A stretch of 64,000 nt of DNA from Macrostomum lignano (Eukaryota). Made by a program: the position numbers and the translations under genes. The notes beneath the pieces were generated by a model. That model was given only the letters and a program-made list of their open reading frames with translations, ran no database searches and was not told the DNA's origin. Shown here piece by piece: positions 14,101 to 26,000 of the stretch. Position 1 is the stretch's first letter. The number at the start of each line of letters is the position of its first letter. Location of the stretch: positions 8,318 through 72,317 of the forward strand of contig NIVC01003879.1 of NCBI GenBank assembly GCA_002269645.1, in the 5' to 3' direction.

Positions 14101-14409
14101 AGGGCCTATCAAGGATATAAAAAATGAGCTATTTAATCTCCACTGTAGGATAATCAAGCCATGGTGTTCTTCAACTGGGCTATGGATTTAGATCCGCGCG
14201 GAGTTAATCTGCAGCTTAACGACACCCTGGACATTGTCGCCGGTGGAGGAGGCGGCGGAGGTACCGACGCGGGTGCTTCGGAGAGCGACACAACTATGGA
14301 CGTTTCCATGCAGCCGCCGCAGCAGCAGCAGCATCCGGGCTATCACATGGTAGCGCCCAGTGCAATGATGATGGACGAAATACTGTCGGATCAGTCTTCT
14401 GTTGATTAG
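2547..14409 (+). CDS. CDC27: Anaphase-promoting complex subunit 3 / cell division cycle 27 (TPR protein), ~836 aa
   Basis: Exons: 2547-2740, 8366-8732, 9312-9474, 10054-10565, 11605-12147, 13161-13631, 14149-14409. All junctions are GT-AG and phase-consistent (2511 nt). Motifs: IWKNLNFFCYDNALFLAE; ALGFNPYLWTCYEALCSLG; MDVYSSTLWYLQKE; PWCAAGNCFSLQREHEIA; YNAWYG; KESRVFFLLGRVYK; FNWAMDLDPRG. Confidence 0.95.
3028..3712 (+). mobile_element. Possible non-autonomous Helitron/Helentron (DINE-1-like) element in CDC27 intron 1
   Basis: The 5' part (ctatctctacctataaaaatc...ctgtttgtctgtctgtctgt...ccgctcaacc) has a GTCT microsatellite, and aaa(c/t)ttg(g/a)ca motifs recur. This resembles DINE-1/HINE-like elements by eye. 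Boundaries are uncertain. Confidence 0.35.
4255..5520. repeat. GA-rich polypurine low-complexity tract with (GA)n microsatellites
   Basis: Almost pure A/G on the + strand, with perfect (AG)n runs at ~4964-4992 and ~5105-5188. Confidence 0.95.
6600..7506 (-). mobile_element. Degenerate CACTA/EnSpm (Tnp2-like) transposase remnant in CDC27 intron 1
   Basis: Minus-strand fragments in the expected order: N-M-D-G/MPVYKSSKFQIWPIL (~7120-7175), PFLVAIFAGLSKP (~7055-7095), FVYDALARAFICKVMGHNS (~6897-6953), LHEFVTQYSNLSHFSIFPFENYLSNI (ORF 6604-6867). These match the NxDGLP.FKSS..Q.WPI, CDAPARAF....GH and FSAFPFEN motifs of this family. Confidence 0.75.
7597..7768. mobile_element. Palindromic ~172-bp MITE, copy 1 (CATACATGCGCAAC end family)
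   Basis: Starts catacatgcgcaacc and ends gttgcgcccaagcatg. Long internal arms (ggccgtttctattggcaaca..catgtaagtcgctattgg and its reverse complement) surround a central gtcacgtgac. Confidence 0.8.
7984..8281. mobile_element. 298-bp MITE with 14-bp TIR and 8-bp TSD (hAT- or P-type)
   Basis: TIR CATACATGCGCAAC...GTTGCGCATGTATG. The flanks are an exact direct repeat, ttgtgggt (7976-7983 and 8282-8289). Confidence 0.9.
8902..9073. mobile_element. Palindromic ~172-bp MITE, copy 2, inverted relative to copy 1
   Basis: Near-exact reverse complement of 7597-7768, flanked by the direct repeat gtagatgag (8893-8901 and 9074-9082). Confidence 0.85.
9525..9950. repeat. 42-bp minisatellite filling CDC27 intron 3
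   Basis: Unit ctggactggagtccctgaattcgacactcttgaacaaaaaat, about 10 copies. Confidence 0.95.
10640..11500. repeat. 21/27-bp minisatellite in CDC27 intron 4
   Basis: Units attacaggtagaattacggct, then ttacaggtagattgacagagatcacag. Confidence 0.95.
12225..12995. repeat. 33-34-bp minisatellite (with 40-bp variants) in CDC27 intron 5
   Basis: Unit gtagctccagattccctgatataggaatacccc(c). Confidence 0.95.
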
Positions 14410-14629
14410 TGAGTGCGAGCTGTGCTGGCCAAATATAGAATGATGCCAGTTAATTCGGCTCACGACTCCGCTCACGAATCACGTGACTTCTCTCGCTCCT
14501 TATTTTGCCTTTATTGCTATTAGGTGCACAGCTTTAAAGGCGTTGCTTTTATTTTAATTGCCTTTAAATTCCTATTACCTGCAAACCTTGCGCTGTCAAA
14601 GTAGTTGATAAAAATACAACAATTAAAAT

Positions 14630-14960
14630 CGATATGGATATCCATGGACAAAGATTCTGAATTGGAAGCTTCGATTGAATTGGATATCCATGAACATAGA
14701 TTCTGGATTGGAATCTTTGGTTGAATTGAATATCCATGGACATAAATTTTGGATTGGAAACTTCGATTGAATTGGATATCCATAGACATAAATTCTGCTT
14801 GGAAACTTTGATTGAATTGGATATCCATGGACATAAATTTTGGATTGGAATCTTTGGTTGAATTGGATATCCATGAACATAGATTCTGGATTGGAATCTT
14901 TGGTTGAATTGGATATCCATGAACATAGATTCTGGATTGGAAGCTTCGGTTGAATTGGCT
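14630..14960. repeat. 46-bp minisatellite downstream of CDC27
   Basis: Unit agattctggattggaatctttggttgaattggatatccatgaacat. Confidence 0.9.
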
Positions 14961-15709
14961 ATAAATAAACGTCGATCAGTACAAAATTGATTAGCCTATT
15001 TAAAAAATAACCTATTATATATACTATGTCACTTGTAACACGTACTTTAAAGCTCTCTAAAACTTTATGCATGTATTATAAAAAAATAATTAATGCCTTT
15101 CTGTACTACTGAAGTTCCGACAGCCTACATATTCTCGTGACTTTCACAACACGGCAGTACCAGCTTGTCAGTTTTTATTCCGTATAAATTTTTGTAAAAT
15201 ATTAAAGTAATTTTTTTTCAATTTCATTTCGTCAGTTTTACTTAATTTTCTTTTGTGGCTACTGACAAAAGCGTATGAAGGCTTTTTTGTTTGTTTTTAT
15301 GTAGCTAGTTAAGCGCATTGTATGCTCATTATAATTATATTTAACTGTATGTAACACTTTATGATTGACGTTTTAGTTTTTATTACTTATTTAAGGAAAC
15401 AATTCGCATATTATATCACTCATTAGTAGTAAGCTCTCATTAATAATTTTCCATTTTCTTTAAACCAAAGCTCGTATTGGTGCAAGTGTTCGCAAATTTG
15501 AACAATTATATAATTTTATTGCAGTGAAAAACAATCAATAAATTTATTTCTTATACCACACCCGCAACTGCGTATTAATAATTTGAATAATCAAATTGAA
15601 GTGTAAAAAGCTGCATCCTGCGATTATCTCTGTGCAATTGGTTTAGCTTGTTTGCCTCTGATCTCAATTTCATATTGCTAAAAAGTTAGAGCGAGTCATA
15701 TTTACGCCT

Positions 15710-16340
15710 CTACCCACTTCTCCCAGACCCCTCTCTACCTACATGCACTTCTCTCCGAGTCAACTCCACTTTCTACCCACTTCTCTCCCAGCCTCTCCCT
15801 CTCTACCCACTTCTGTCCCAGTCAACCCCCTCTCTACCCACTTCTCTCCCAGTCAACCTCTCTCTACCCACTTCTGTCCCAGTCAACCCCCTCTCTACCC
15901 ACTTCTCTCCCAGTCAACCCCTCTCTACCCACTTCTCTCCCAGTCAACCCCCTCTCTACCCACTTCTCTCCCAGTCAACCCCCTCTCTACCCACTTCTCT
16001 CCCAGTCAACCCCCTCTCTACCCACTTCTCTCCCAGTCAACCTCTCTCTACCCACTTCTGTCCCAGTCAACCCCCTCTCTACCCACTTTTCTCCCAGTCA
16101 ACCTCTCTCTACCCACTTCTGTCCCAGTCAACCCCCTCTCTACCCACTTCTCTCCCAGTCAACCCTCTCTCTACCCACTTCTCTCCCAGTCAACCCTCTC
16201 TCTACCCACTTCTGTCCCAGTCAACCCCCTCTCTACCCACTTCTCTTCGAGTCAACTCCCTTTCTACCCACTTCTCTCCCAGCCTCTCCCTCTCTACCCA
16301 CTTCTCTTCCACTCACTCCATATCTCTACCCACTTCTCCC
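15710..16340. repeat. 30-31-bp pyrimidine-rich minisatellite immediately upstream of the small Tim gene
   Basis: Unit acttctctcccagtcaacccctctctaccc. Confidence 0.95.
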
Positions 16341-16401
16341 CGAAGGCACTGCGTATTCGTCAATCCGCCAAAAATAAAAAACAATTGATGCCAACACAAA
16401 G

Positions 16402-16674
16402 ATGGACGAAATTGAAGCGGCCCTTCAAACTGCCAGCATGCGCGAGTTTCTCACGCACTACAACCAGATGGTGCAGTCCTGCTTCAGCAGATGCGTGCAC
16501 ACCCTGTGGGACAGACGGCTGACTGATTCTGAGCTGAGCTGCAGCAATAATTGCATAGCAACTCTGATCGCTAGTCAGGGTCGCATCAGCCAGGCCTACC
16601 TGACAGCCAGCGGCAAAACCTTTGCTAGGCAGCCCGCTTCTGGTGCGGAGGATTCCGCTGGGACTAGTAGTTAA
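16402..16674 (+). CDS. TIMM10B: Mitochondrial import small Tim chaperone, Tim9/Tim10B family (twin CX3C), single exon
   Basis: EFLTHYNQMVQSCFSRCV...LTDSELSCSNNC...QGRISQAY has a twin CX3C motif. The FLxxYNxMxxxCFxRCV pattern is closest by eye to Tim10B/FXC1. Confidence 0.8.
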   Translation: MDEIEAALQTASMREFLTHYNQMVQSCFSRCVHTLWDRRLTDSELSCSNNCIATLIASQGRISQAYLTASGKTFARQPASGAEDSAGTSS

Positions 16675-17099
16675 TCCCAGTGAATTAATCGCCATATAAT
16701 CCCCATCCACAATCACCTTTCAAATGTGACTATAAGCATATAATTAAACCATCAATTGATTTTTTAAGTATTGAATAATGAGATCAAAGTTCCCTGATTT
16801 CAAATAGTATCATTTTTATGTAGTTCACGCGCATGTAACTGTGTATATATTTGTTAATCATGCTACGAGTATTCTATGCATTTTTACTAGTTAATATAGT
16901 TAATTATATAGTCATGAGGGCACAGGTTTGTTTTAATGAGTGAATGAAGAAAAAAAGTTTGGCAAGATGCAAAATCTGTCATTGATTTTTTAATTGAAAA
17001 GGCAATATTTAACTTGAAGAAAATATAGCGCTATATACATCCTGGAAGTAACAAGCCGTCTAGCTGCATCATCTCATCGCATTCATACATCTCAAATCG

Positions 17100-20000
17100 T
17101 CAATTTTTCGCCTTTCTTCTCGACGCTTTCGTCCGTTCATGTCGAATTGTCTCGGCTTCTAAAGCCGACATCTCCACTAATCGCTGTACGAACGATGCCG
17201 GGCCTCCGATGGCCGCCTCGGCGAATCGGTACCTCTCCTCTGCAGTGATAGAGACCAGTGTTTAGGCTCAAGATTTCCTAGATATCACAGGGTTTTTTGT
17301 GCGATTCACACCTATAGGGATCAAGATTTCCTAGATATCACAGGGTTTTTGTGCGATTCACACCTATAAGGGCCAACCTCTAAGTGTACACGCTTGACCA
17401 GTAGAAAGTCGGGGGACCGCTGTACACCCTGTGTGAGCGTGTGTATTATTGCGTGCCTGCGTACAGTATTGGCGCGCTTGTAGGTGTTCAGGTTTCGAGA
17501 TGGATTTCGCCTAAGCCGTTACGCCAGGGTGCCCACAAATGCATGCACATTAATACAGTAATACATATACGTGTTAGACTGTTGAACTGACAGCAGTTTG
17601 AGCATCTCCAGGGACATGCCAATGCTTTGTCCTTTCCCCACCCCACCTTGTGACTTTCTATGGAAATCGATCATTTTGCTTCAGGGCACCAAAATGAGTG
17701 CCTGCGGGGCTAAATTGAGTGTGCCTGCGGTGCTAAATTGAGTGCCTGCTGCGCTAAATTGAGTGCCTGCGGGGCTAAATTGAGTGCCTGCTGCGCTAAA
17801 TTGAGTGCCTGCTGCGCTAAATTGAGTGCCTGCGAATGTACACTTGACTTTCTAATCGTCAGGCTCATAAGTGTGGCTTCGCACTGCTGTCTGTTCACGC
17901 AGGGAGCCACAAATTCTCACCATCTGAGTTGGCCTGCTGATTCAGTCTCGAGTTTTGCCCGCCGCCAGTCTGCTGTAGCCTGGCGTAGCTTGGCCGCTGC
18001 AGAGCTCTTCTGTTGTTGCTTAACGCCTGTTTGTGCTGTTGTTGTTGTTGCTGCTGCTGCTGCTGCTGCTGGCTGGTCGGAGCGCCCATCATCTGAGAGT
18101 CACTAATTGGCGGATAGCTGGCGGTCTCTTCTGCAGTTGAAGTGTCCCCTGTTGCGCCTGTAACTGCTGCGTCGCCTGATTGGAATTTGTGGTTTTTTAT
18201 TATCAGCCTGTGTTGCTTTTGCGTGCAATCTCACCTGTCAGACAAAACCAGCTGACAGAATCACACCTGTCAGACAGAACCAGCTGACAGAATCACACCT
18301 GTCAGACAAAACCAGCTGACAGAATCACACCTGTCAGACAAAACCAGCTGACAGAATCACACCTGTCAGATAGAACCAGCTGACAGAATCACACCTGTCA
18401 GATAAAACCAGCTGACAGAATCACACCTGTCAGACAAAACCAGCTGACAGAATCACACCTGTCAGATAGAACCAGCTGACAGAATCTCACTTGTCAGACA
18501 AAACCAGCTGACAGAATCACACTTGTCAGACAAAACCAGCTGACAGAATCTCACCTGTCAGACAGAACCAGCTGACAGAATCTCACCTGTCAGATAGAAC
18601 CAGCTGACAGAATCACACCTGTCAGACAGAAACAGCTGACAGAATCACACCTGTCAGACAGAACCAGCTGACAGAATCTCACCTGTCAGACAGAACCAGC
18701 TGACAGCATCACATCTGTCAGACAGAACTAGCTGACAGAATCACACCTGTCAATGGAACAACACCCGTGATGAGGAAATGCTTTACAACTCACCAAACAC
18801 GCTGGAGTCCCGAAGCCCCATTGCTCGTTGCGAGCTCGACTGCTTTGGATTTTTCCCCTTATTCCACAGCCTCCACTGCTCGGGGGTGCCGCTAGTCGCC
18901 ATCGCGGATCCATTTGCCAGTCCGAAGCCGATTCCAGCGAGGTCCAGGGTTCGATTGCTGCCCCTGAGCAGCACTCGGGAGTGAGTGGGCGGCGGCGGAG
19001 GGCGCTGAAGAGTCGCCTGCTGTTGCGGCGCGTTGGCCATCCTGTGAGACGATTTTGCGCCATCGCCTTTGATCAGTGCTCCCGAGCTTGAAAAATAATT
19101 AGGATTTGAATAGATTATAGTTGGATTGCGAAATTCGTGTTTTCATCGAAAATCTACTTGATTATAGAAACTTTGGGTTAGTGGTAGCTTAGTTGATATT
19201 AGCGTGTACTTTTAATGGCTTCTTGATTTCTGAAATTACTTGTTTTTTTATCGTACTTATCCCAAACTACATGTATACTGTCCGTCAAAAGTTCCGGAAC
19301 CCTTGCTACGATGTCTTCTAGCGGACATAATTTCAGTCCGTTTCAATTGTAACTTGATTCAAATGAAAGCTGCGGAGCGGATCTCAGCTCCATGATGTGG
19401 TCAAGAAAAAGTTTATTCGAAGGAGCGCGTGTGAACAGGCCAGTGTTATGTACATAAAGGTTAGAGAAAAAAGTGAGGAAAAGACAAACAAGCAATTGAC
19501 TCTCCCATGAAAGCTGACTGCACAAGAATCCATTAGAGCCTGTTGATTTCAACACAAGTTTTGGCCATAGACTAATGTTAGCCAGGCTGAACACTGCGCG
19601 CAAACCGATTCCTTCCCATGTGTGTTTGCTCCATAGACTCAGCAACCATAGACAATTGCTTGTTTGCCTTTTCCTCACTTTTTTTCTCTAACCTTTATGT
19701 GCATAGCACTGGCCTGTTCACACGCGCTCCTTCGAATAAACTTTTTCTTGGCCACATCATGGAGCTGAGATCCGCAGCTTTCATTTAAATCAAGTTACAA
19801 TTGAAACGGACTGAAATTATGTCCGCTAGAAGACATCGTAGCAAGGGTTCCGGAACTTTTGACGGACAGTATAATTGGCGATAACAATAACTTGATCTAT
19901 TATTATATAGTAACAGGAATTGTTTGTTGAATTAGATAGCAATAATGCGATCGGTGGCGGCAAAATGGGATTGGTGGCGGCAAAATGGTATCGGTGGCGA

Positions 20001-20575
20001 TAAAATGGGATCTATGGTGCCAAAATGGGATCTATGGTGCCAAAATGGGATCTATGGCGCCAAAATGGGATCTATGGCGCCAAAATGGGATCTATGACGC
20101 CAGAATGAGATCCTGCGCCAAAATGGGATAGTGGCGCTTAAATGGGATCTATGGCGCCAAACTGAGATCGGTGGCGCCAAAAAAATGGGATCTATGGTGC
20201 TAAAATGGGACTGGGGGCGCCAACATGGAAACTATAGCTCCAAAAATGGGATCGCTATACGACGCCACAAAAAAGGATGCTTTGCAGGGGGGGGGTCCGT
20301 GCTCACAGCGCCGTTAAACTGTCTGCATCAGCTGGTTCACCAGCAGCGGTGGCAACTTTCTGGCCAAACAGTCGAGTCACCAGCAAGCTGCCCACCAGCA
20401 GCCGGCAGTTGCACTCGATTGTAGCCTCCTGCACTGTCAACTCAGACTGGCAGCACAGTCTGTGGTTCTTCTCTCGAATTTCAGGCAACCAGCCACTAGC
20501 AGCTGATAACTGCTTCTGCTCAATTGCACTTGTCGAGCTCATCATCATCTCCAGATGATGCTGATAGCCAATTAG
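17100..20575 (-). CDS. 3' four exons of an unidentified low-complexity protein gene (polyQ-containing)
   Basis: Phase-consistent GT-AG exon chain: 20575-20307, 19086-18794, 18175-17921, 17239-17100 (stop). The C-terminus is EERYRFAEAAIGGPASFVQRLVEMSALEAETIRHERTKASRRKAKN*. The upstream part of the gene was not resolved. Confidence 0.65.
17611..17835. mobile_element. Partial copy of the minisatellite-carrying element at 29488-30390
   Basis: Shares gggacatgccaatgctttgtcc...tatggaaatc...ttcagggc...aaaatg, followed by 21-bp tgagtgcctgc(g/t)gcgctaaat units. Confidence 0.7.
18231..18751. repeat. 32-bp minisatellite with an internal hairpin
   Basis: Unit cacctgtcagacaaaaccagctgacagaatca, about 16 copies. 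ctgtcag and ctgacag are reverse complements. Confidence 0.95.
19276..19871. mobile_element. 596-bp foldback MITE with ~220-bp TIRs and TA flanks (Tc1/mariner-like)
   Basis: 19276-19498 is the near-perfect reverse complement of 19653-19871. Termini are TACTGTCCGTCAAAAGTTCCGGAAC, with TA on both sides. Confidence 0.9.
19945..20260. repeat. 20-bp minisatellite
   Basis: Unit caaaatgggatctatggcgc. Confidence 0.9.
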
Positions 20576-20929
20576 CTGAAATCGTCGACCTTTTGACGAA
20601 GCCATTCTTTTGCTTGTGCTGAGTCCGTTAAGTATGGGATTGGCACATTTCTTATATATTCCACATCTATCAGAGACAATATTCCGCATTAATATTAACC
20701 AAAGAGTCACATCTCATGAACTATTCATACTGTACATATACGGATTGCTCAGGACTTGCATACGGCAGTTAGGAGCTTAAAGTTTCTGGTAAGAATAACT
20801 GACTATATAGCTTGCACTTTTAGGTAGCCACTAGCAACAGTGATAACGGCGGCTTCGGGACACGAGATTAAGTCTGTGGTAAAACTCCCGTTTGATCCAG
20901 GGGTGGTAGATACGATCTTTCGTTTGAGG

Positions 20930-22160
20930 AGCGCCATTACATTCGAGGGGGGCGCCATTTCTTTCGAGGGGGGTGCCATTTCGATCATTTGAGACGGGCG
21001 CCATTTCACTTGATAATGGCGCCATTTCTTTTGAGAGGGGCGCCATTTCTTTTGAGGGAGCGCCATTTCATTTGAGAGGGGCGCCATTTCTTTTGAGGGA
21101 GCGCCATTTCATTTGAGACGGGCGCCATTTCACTTTAGAGGGCGCCATTTCTTTTGTGGGAGCGCCATTTCTTTTGAGGGAGCGCCATTTCTTTTGAGAG
21201 GGGCGCCATTTCATTTGATAATGGCACCATTTCTTTTGAGAGGGGCGCCATTTCTTAGGAAGCGCCAATTCTTTTGAGGTAGCGCGATTTATTTTGAGAG
21301 GGGCGCCATTTCTTTTGAGAGGGGCGCCATTTCTTTTGAGGGAGCGCCATTTCATTTGAGAGGGGCGCCATTTCTTTTGAGGGAGCGCCATTTCATTTGA
21401 GACGGGCGCCATTTCACTTTAGAGGGCGCCATTTCTTTTGTGGGAGCGCCATTTCTTTTGAGGGAGCGCCATTTCTTTTGAGAGGGGCGCCATTTCATTT
21501 GATAATGGCACCATTTCTTTTGAGAGGGGCGCCATTTCTTAGGAAGCGCCAATTCTTTTGAGGTAGCGCTATTTATTTTGAGAGGGGCGCCATTTCTTTT
21601 GAGAGGGGCGCCATTTCTTTTGAGGGAGCGCCATTTCATTTGAGAGGGGCGCCATTTCTTTTGAGAGGGGCGCCATTTCTTTTGAGGGAGCGCCATTTCA
21701 TTTGAGAGGGGCGCCATTTCTTTTGAGGGAGCGCCATTTCATTTGAGACGGGCGCCATTTCACTTTAGAGGGCGCCATTTCTTTTGTGGGAGCGCCATTT
21801 CTTTTGAGGGAGCGCCATTTCTTTTGAGAGGGGCGCCATTTCATTTGATAATGGCACCATTTCTTTTGAGAGGGGCGCCATTTCTTAGGAAGCGCCAATT
21901 CTTTTGAGGTAGCGCGATTTATTTTGAGAGGGGCGCCATTTCTTTTGAGAGGGGCGCCATTTCTTTTGAGGGAGCGCCATTTCATTTGAGAGAGGCGCCA
22001 TTTCTTTTGAGGGAGCGCCATTTCATTTGAGACGGGCGCCATTTCATTTGAGAGGGCGCCATTTCTTTTGAGAGGGGCGCCATTTCATTTTAATGGGCGC
22101 CATTTTTAATATGAGGGAGCACCATTTTTGAGGGGGCGCCATTTCATTCCAAGGGGCGCC
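20930..22160. repeat. ~21-bp minisatellite with higher-order block duplication
   Basis: Unit gcgccatttcttttgagaggg. The variant gataatggcaccatt recurs at ~21217, 21501 and 21847. Confidence 0.95.
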
Positions 22161-22579
22161 ATTCCGTCTATTGGTTAGCTTAGTTATCAATGCTACGCTC
22201 TCCCAAACAATACAGCCAGGTGTACTGAGGAAAAAAAGCTACGGAGCTACGACACTGCTTCCTCTGAAAAGCCATCAAATTTTTTACGCTTTTGCTACAA
22301 TGTGCCGTCAGGTAAAATGAAATGACGTTTCATGCAAAAGAAAGTTTGCATACATAAATATTGAGAGCCAAGATTCTTGAGTGCACCGGTTGTATGCGAT
22401 ATTGCGTGAAGTCAAAGCACGGTTGACAGTGATTGATGAAGGACGGAGGAACAAGCATATTGTGTCAGTAGGGACTGCAACCTCTTTGAGCTCTCTACAA
22501 GTCTAGCATGCATATCCAGCTGGTCATAGCGATTTGTAAAGCTAATGTGGGTTAATTGCAGATTGAAAATTTGAATTAG

Positions 22580-22995
22580 GGGAGGGAGAGACTTGATTGG
22601 TTGATAGAGAGATCGACAGATTGATTGTGAGACTAATGGATTGGTGGATTCATTGATAGATTGGTAGATTGATAGATATATTGATTGATTGATTGATTGA
22701 CTGATTAATGGAAAGATTGATAAATTAATGTAGATTGATAGATCATTTCATTGACTGATAGCATGGATAGATTGATTGATTGATTGATAGATGAGAGATT
22801 GATTTATTGATGGAGATTAATGGTTTAGTAGTAAAAATAATGAAATAATATATAGATTGTCATTGACTCATACAGACATTGATAGATTGATAAAGAGATC
22901 AAGAGTTTGATAGAGATTGACGAATTGATAGATTTATACAGAGATTATTTGATTAATTGATTGATATTAATATATTGAAAGATTGATTGACCCAG
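22580..22995. repeat. Degenerate (ATTG/ATAG)n low-complexity tract
   Basis: Repeated gattgattgat/gatagatt motifs. Confidence 0.8.
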
Positions 22996-23049
22996 ATTGC
23001 AGGCTGTTGCAGAAAAAAGGGCTAGTTATGCCTTTTACAGATTTCCCTC

Positions 23050-26000
23050 ACCATAATTTTCCTTTGTTAGCAAGGCTCAAAGAGGCCACACTGCTGCCTT
23101 CATCTAGATCAATCATCTCCGAGAGGTTAGCGTCATCTTCGTCCGGCTGTCTGTGGGATGTGACATCTTCGCCGACCTCAGCTGTCGCAGCCGCCGCAGC
23201 CAGAGTGGCCAACCGCCTACGAAAGTCAGCCAGCAGCCTTCGATATCCGCGCGACTCTCCATCATCCGCTTGATGGTCGGCCTCGTCTTCTTCGACTGTT
23301 GGAGAAGGATCGACATGAAGTCTCCGGGATCTGCGCAACTGCACCGACTGGACAATTAATGCCGAATTGCGGTCGCAGGTTCGACTCGTGCAAGCGGTCT
23401 GACTGCTTCCCGTAGACATTAATTAGCACCTCCGGGATGGCTCAATATATGGCTGTTTTTCCAATTCCCAAGTCGGAAGAGCGGAACTGCCTTTTCTGCC
23501 TCCGGTGCTTCTCTCCAACCTTTTCCCATTGCTTTTATTTCCATCTGTTCCTCTCTCTTACCCCCCCCCCTTTTCTTTTGTTTTTGCAGCCTGCCCTCAT
23601 TGGAGCAGCAAAATGCATGCGAGAAGGGGTGTAGAATAATACAGAATTGTATCCAAGGAAATCGTAGACCAGAATTGGGAGTTGCATTTCTATTTTTAAA
23701 TCACCATTTTCAGGCGCTAAAGTCTCAACTGCGGCGCCAAATTTCTGGCGCTAAATTAGCGCTAAAATATGATAGCTGGGGGGGGGGGTTGGCTCACGAG
23801 ACAGCCCTGCAGAAGAACACAGCAGAATCTCGTCTATCTGTTGACGGTAAACTCCAGATCCTGGTTCCCAGTCTCTTTGGCTGCTACACGTAAAGAGCTT
23901 TTAATTGCCTATGCGGCCTTCCGACTACAATGGGCTGCTTAGGTAAGTACGCGCTTAGATTGGTTAATGGTTTCCTTCATGCAGTGTTTTGCTCCATCCT
24001 AAAATCGTCATGCCGTTTGAAACAATTTCTATGGGAGTTTAAAAAGAACACTATTCACATAGTAATTATAGGACTTCTCTCGATTGAGCCTATTGCTGAT
24101 TTTTCTGTCCATCCGAAATGTGTACTTTTACGCAATTGAAAGTACAAATATGGACAACTGCAAGAGCAGGACTGTAAAACACATTAAGCGAGATAACGAA
24201 GCTTTTTTTCTCAGCTAGCTGTTCCTAATCTAAAGTAGTCAAAAAAAGACTAATTAATTAGAGTTTGTTTGGGCAAGGGCCCAAAATGAGTAATATTTAT
24301 AAGGCATATTGAGATTTAATTAGAGGGGGGTTCAGTGTAGATAAGACAAAGAGGGGTGGAGTGGGCGACGAAAAAAGAGGCGAGATCGAAGAGCCAATCA
24401 GAAGGCAGCGAGGGAGAGAGAGAATATTACAAGACTGAGCTAGACAGAGCGGGACAGAAATCAGAGTAAACAGAGACAAGTGCAGATGAACTAAGAAATG
24501 AATAATTGTAGAGTCGCGGTCGCAGATTTTTCTTGGGTGAATTCGTCTATGGCTAAACCCCATTCATCGTTAAGCCAGAAAGCTAATTTTCTCAGAACCC
24601 GCTTAGAAAACGCAACTTTTGATACTTTTTCAAGTATTCTTCTTGATTAGGTAATCCGGTAAAACAAATCTGATGAAAACTTCTATATCTTGCCAATGCA
24701 TTTTTGTGTAGCTTTATATCGTGAGGTAGAAACTTCAGAAAATTAGGTTAGTAGCTATGATTTCTAGACACTTATTATAAGATACAAAACTTCAGATGAC
24801 GGTTGGTTAATATAGTTATTAGTATTCTTAAATAAATTGTGTAGTAAAAGTTATTAATTAGTTATTTCATCTCAACCTGCTAATACTGTCAATTTATTTT
24901 ACCTGGACAGTAGCAACGAATCGCAACGCTTTTTAAGCTCTTCAATTTCTGTTTCCAATAGAGGATCGCTTCCATCAGTTGTGAGAAGCGATCTGAAATC
25001 TGTACAAAAAATAAATAACTACTTTAAATTGCATCTGAATGAAATCGTCTCGCGTGCAGCTTTTAAATTAAAATTTAGTCAGTATATAGCAGTGCTGATT
25101 GGTGATCAAATGAATTTGTGCTTTTTGAGGATAAATAACGATAAAAAATGTGCTTTAGCTGTAAACATTTACACCGTGACATGCATGCAGGTATAGATAA
25201 TAAAAGCATTAAAAATACACTTTCTTCATTATAAATCGCTTCCTCCCATTATTCTCTGATGCCTTGAGGACCACCCTCTCCTAGTTATTTTAGACAGCCA
25301 CCCCTCCTCCCCAGTTATTTTTGACAGCCACCCCTCCTCCCCAGTTATTTTAGACAGCCACCCCTCCTCCCCAGTTATTTTTGACAGCCACCCCTCCTCC
25401 CCAGTTATTTTTGACAGCCACCCCTCCTCCCCAGTTATTTTTGACAGCCATCCCTCCTCCCCAGTTATTTTAGACAGCCGCCCCTCCTCTCCAGTTATTT
25501 TAGACAGCCATCCCTCCTCCCCAGTTATTTTAGACAGCCACCCCTCCTCCCCAGTTATTTTAGACAGCCACCCCTCCTCCCCAGTTATTTTTGACAGCCA
25601 CCCCTCCTCCCCAGTTATTTTTGACAGCCATCCCTCCTCTCCAGTTATTTTAGACAGCCGTCCCTCCTCCCCAGTTATTATAGACAGCCACCCCTCCTCC
25701 CCAGTTATTAAAGACAGCCACCCCTCCTCCCCAGTTATTAAAGACAGCCACCCCTCCTCCCCAGTTATTTTTGACAGCCATCCCTCCTCCCCAGTTATTT
25801 TAGACAGCCATCCCTCCTCTCCAGTTATTTTAGACAGCCATCCCTCCTCCCCAGTTATTATAGGCAGCCGGCCCTCCTCCCCAGTTATATTATACGGCAG
25901 CCGCCCCTCCTCCCCAGTTATTTTAGACAGCCACCCCTCCTCCCCAATAATTTTAGGCAGGTGACCCTCCACTGCCATTTATTTTAGAAAGCTACCCCTC

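Noticed and set aside
18231-18751. Palindromic repeats resembling a CRISPR array
   Set aside because: The units are head-to-tail with no unique spacers, there are no cas genes, and the context is a eukaryotic intron.
25229-25978. 249-aa (SKITGEEGWL)n ORF, and similar repeat ORFs at 9487-9895, 10633-11433, 12037-12979, 26724-27941 and 40788-41776
   Set aside because: Unit lengths that are multiples of 3 create stop-free frames by chance. They lack unique domains and most sit in introns of recognisable genes.
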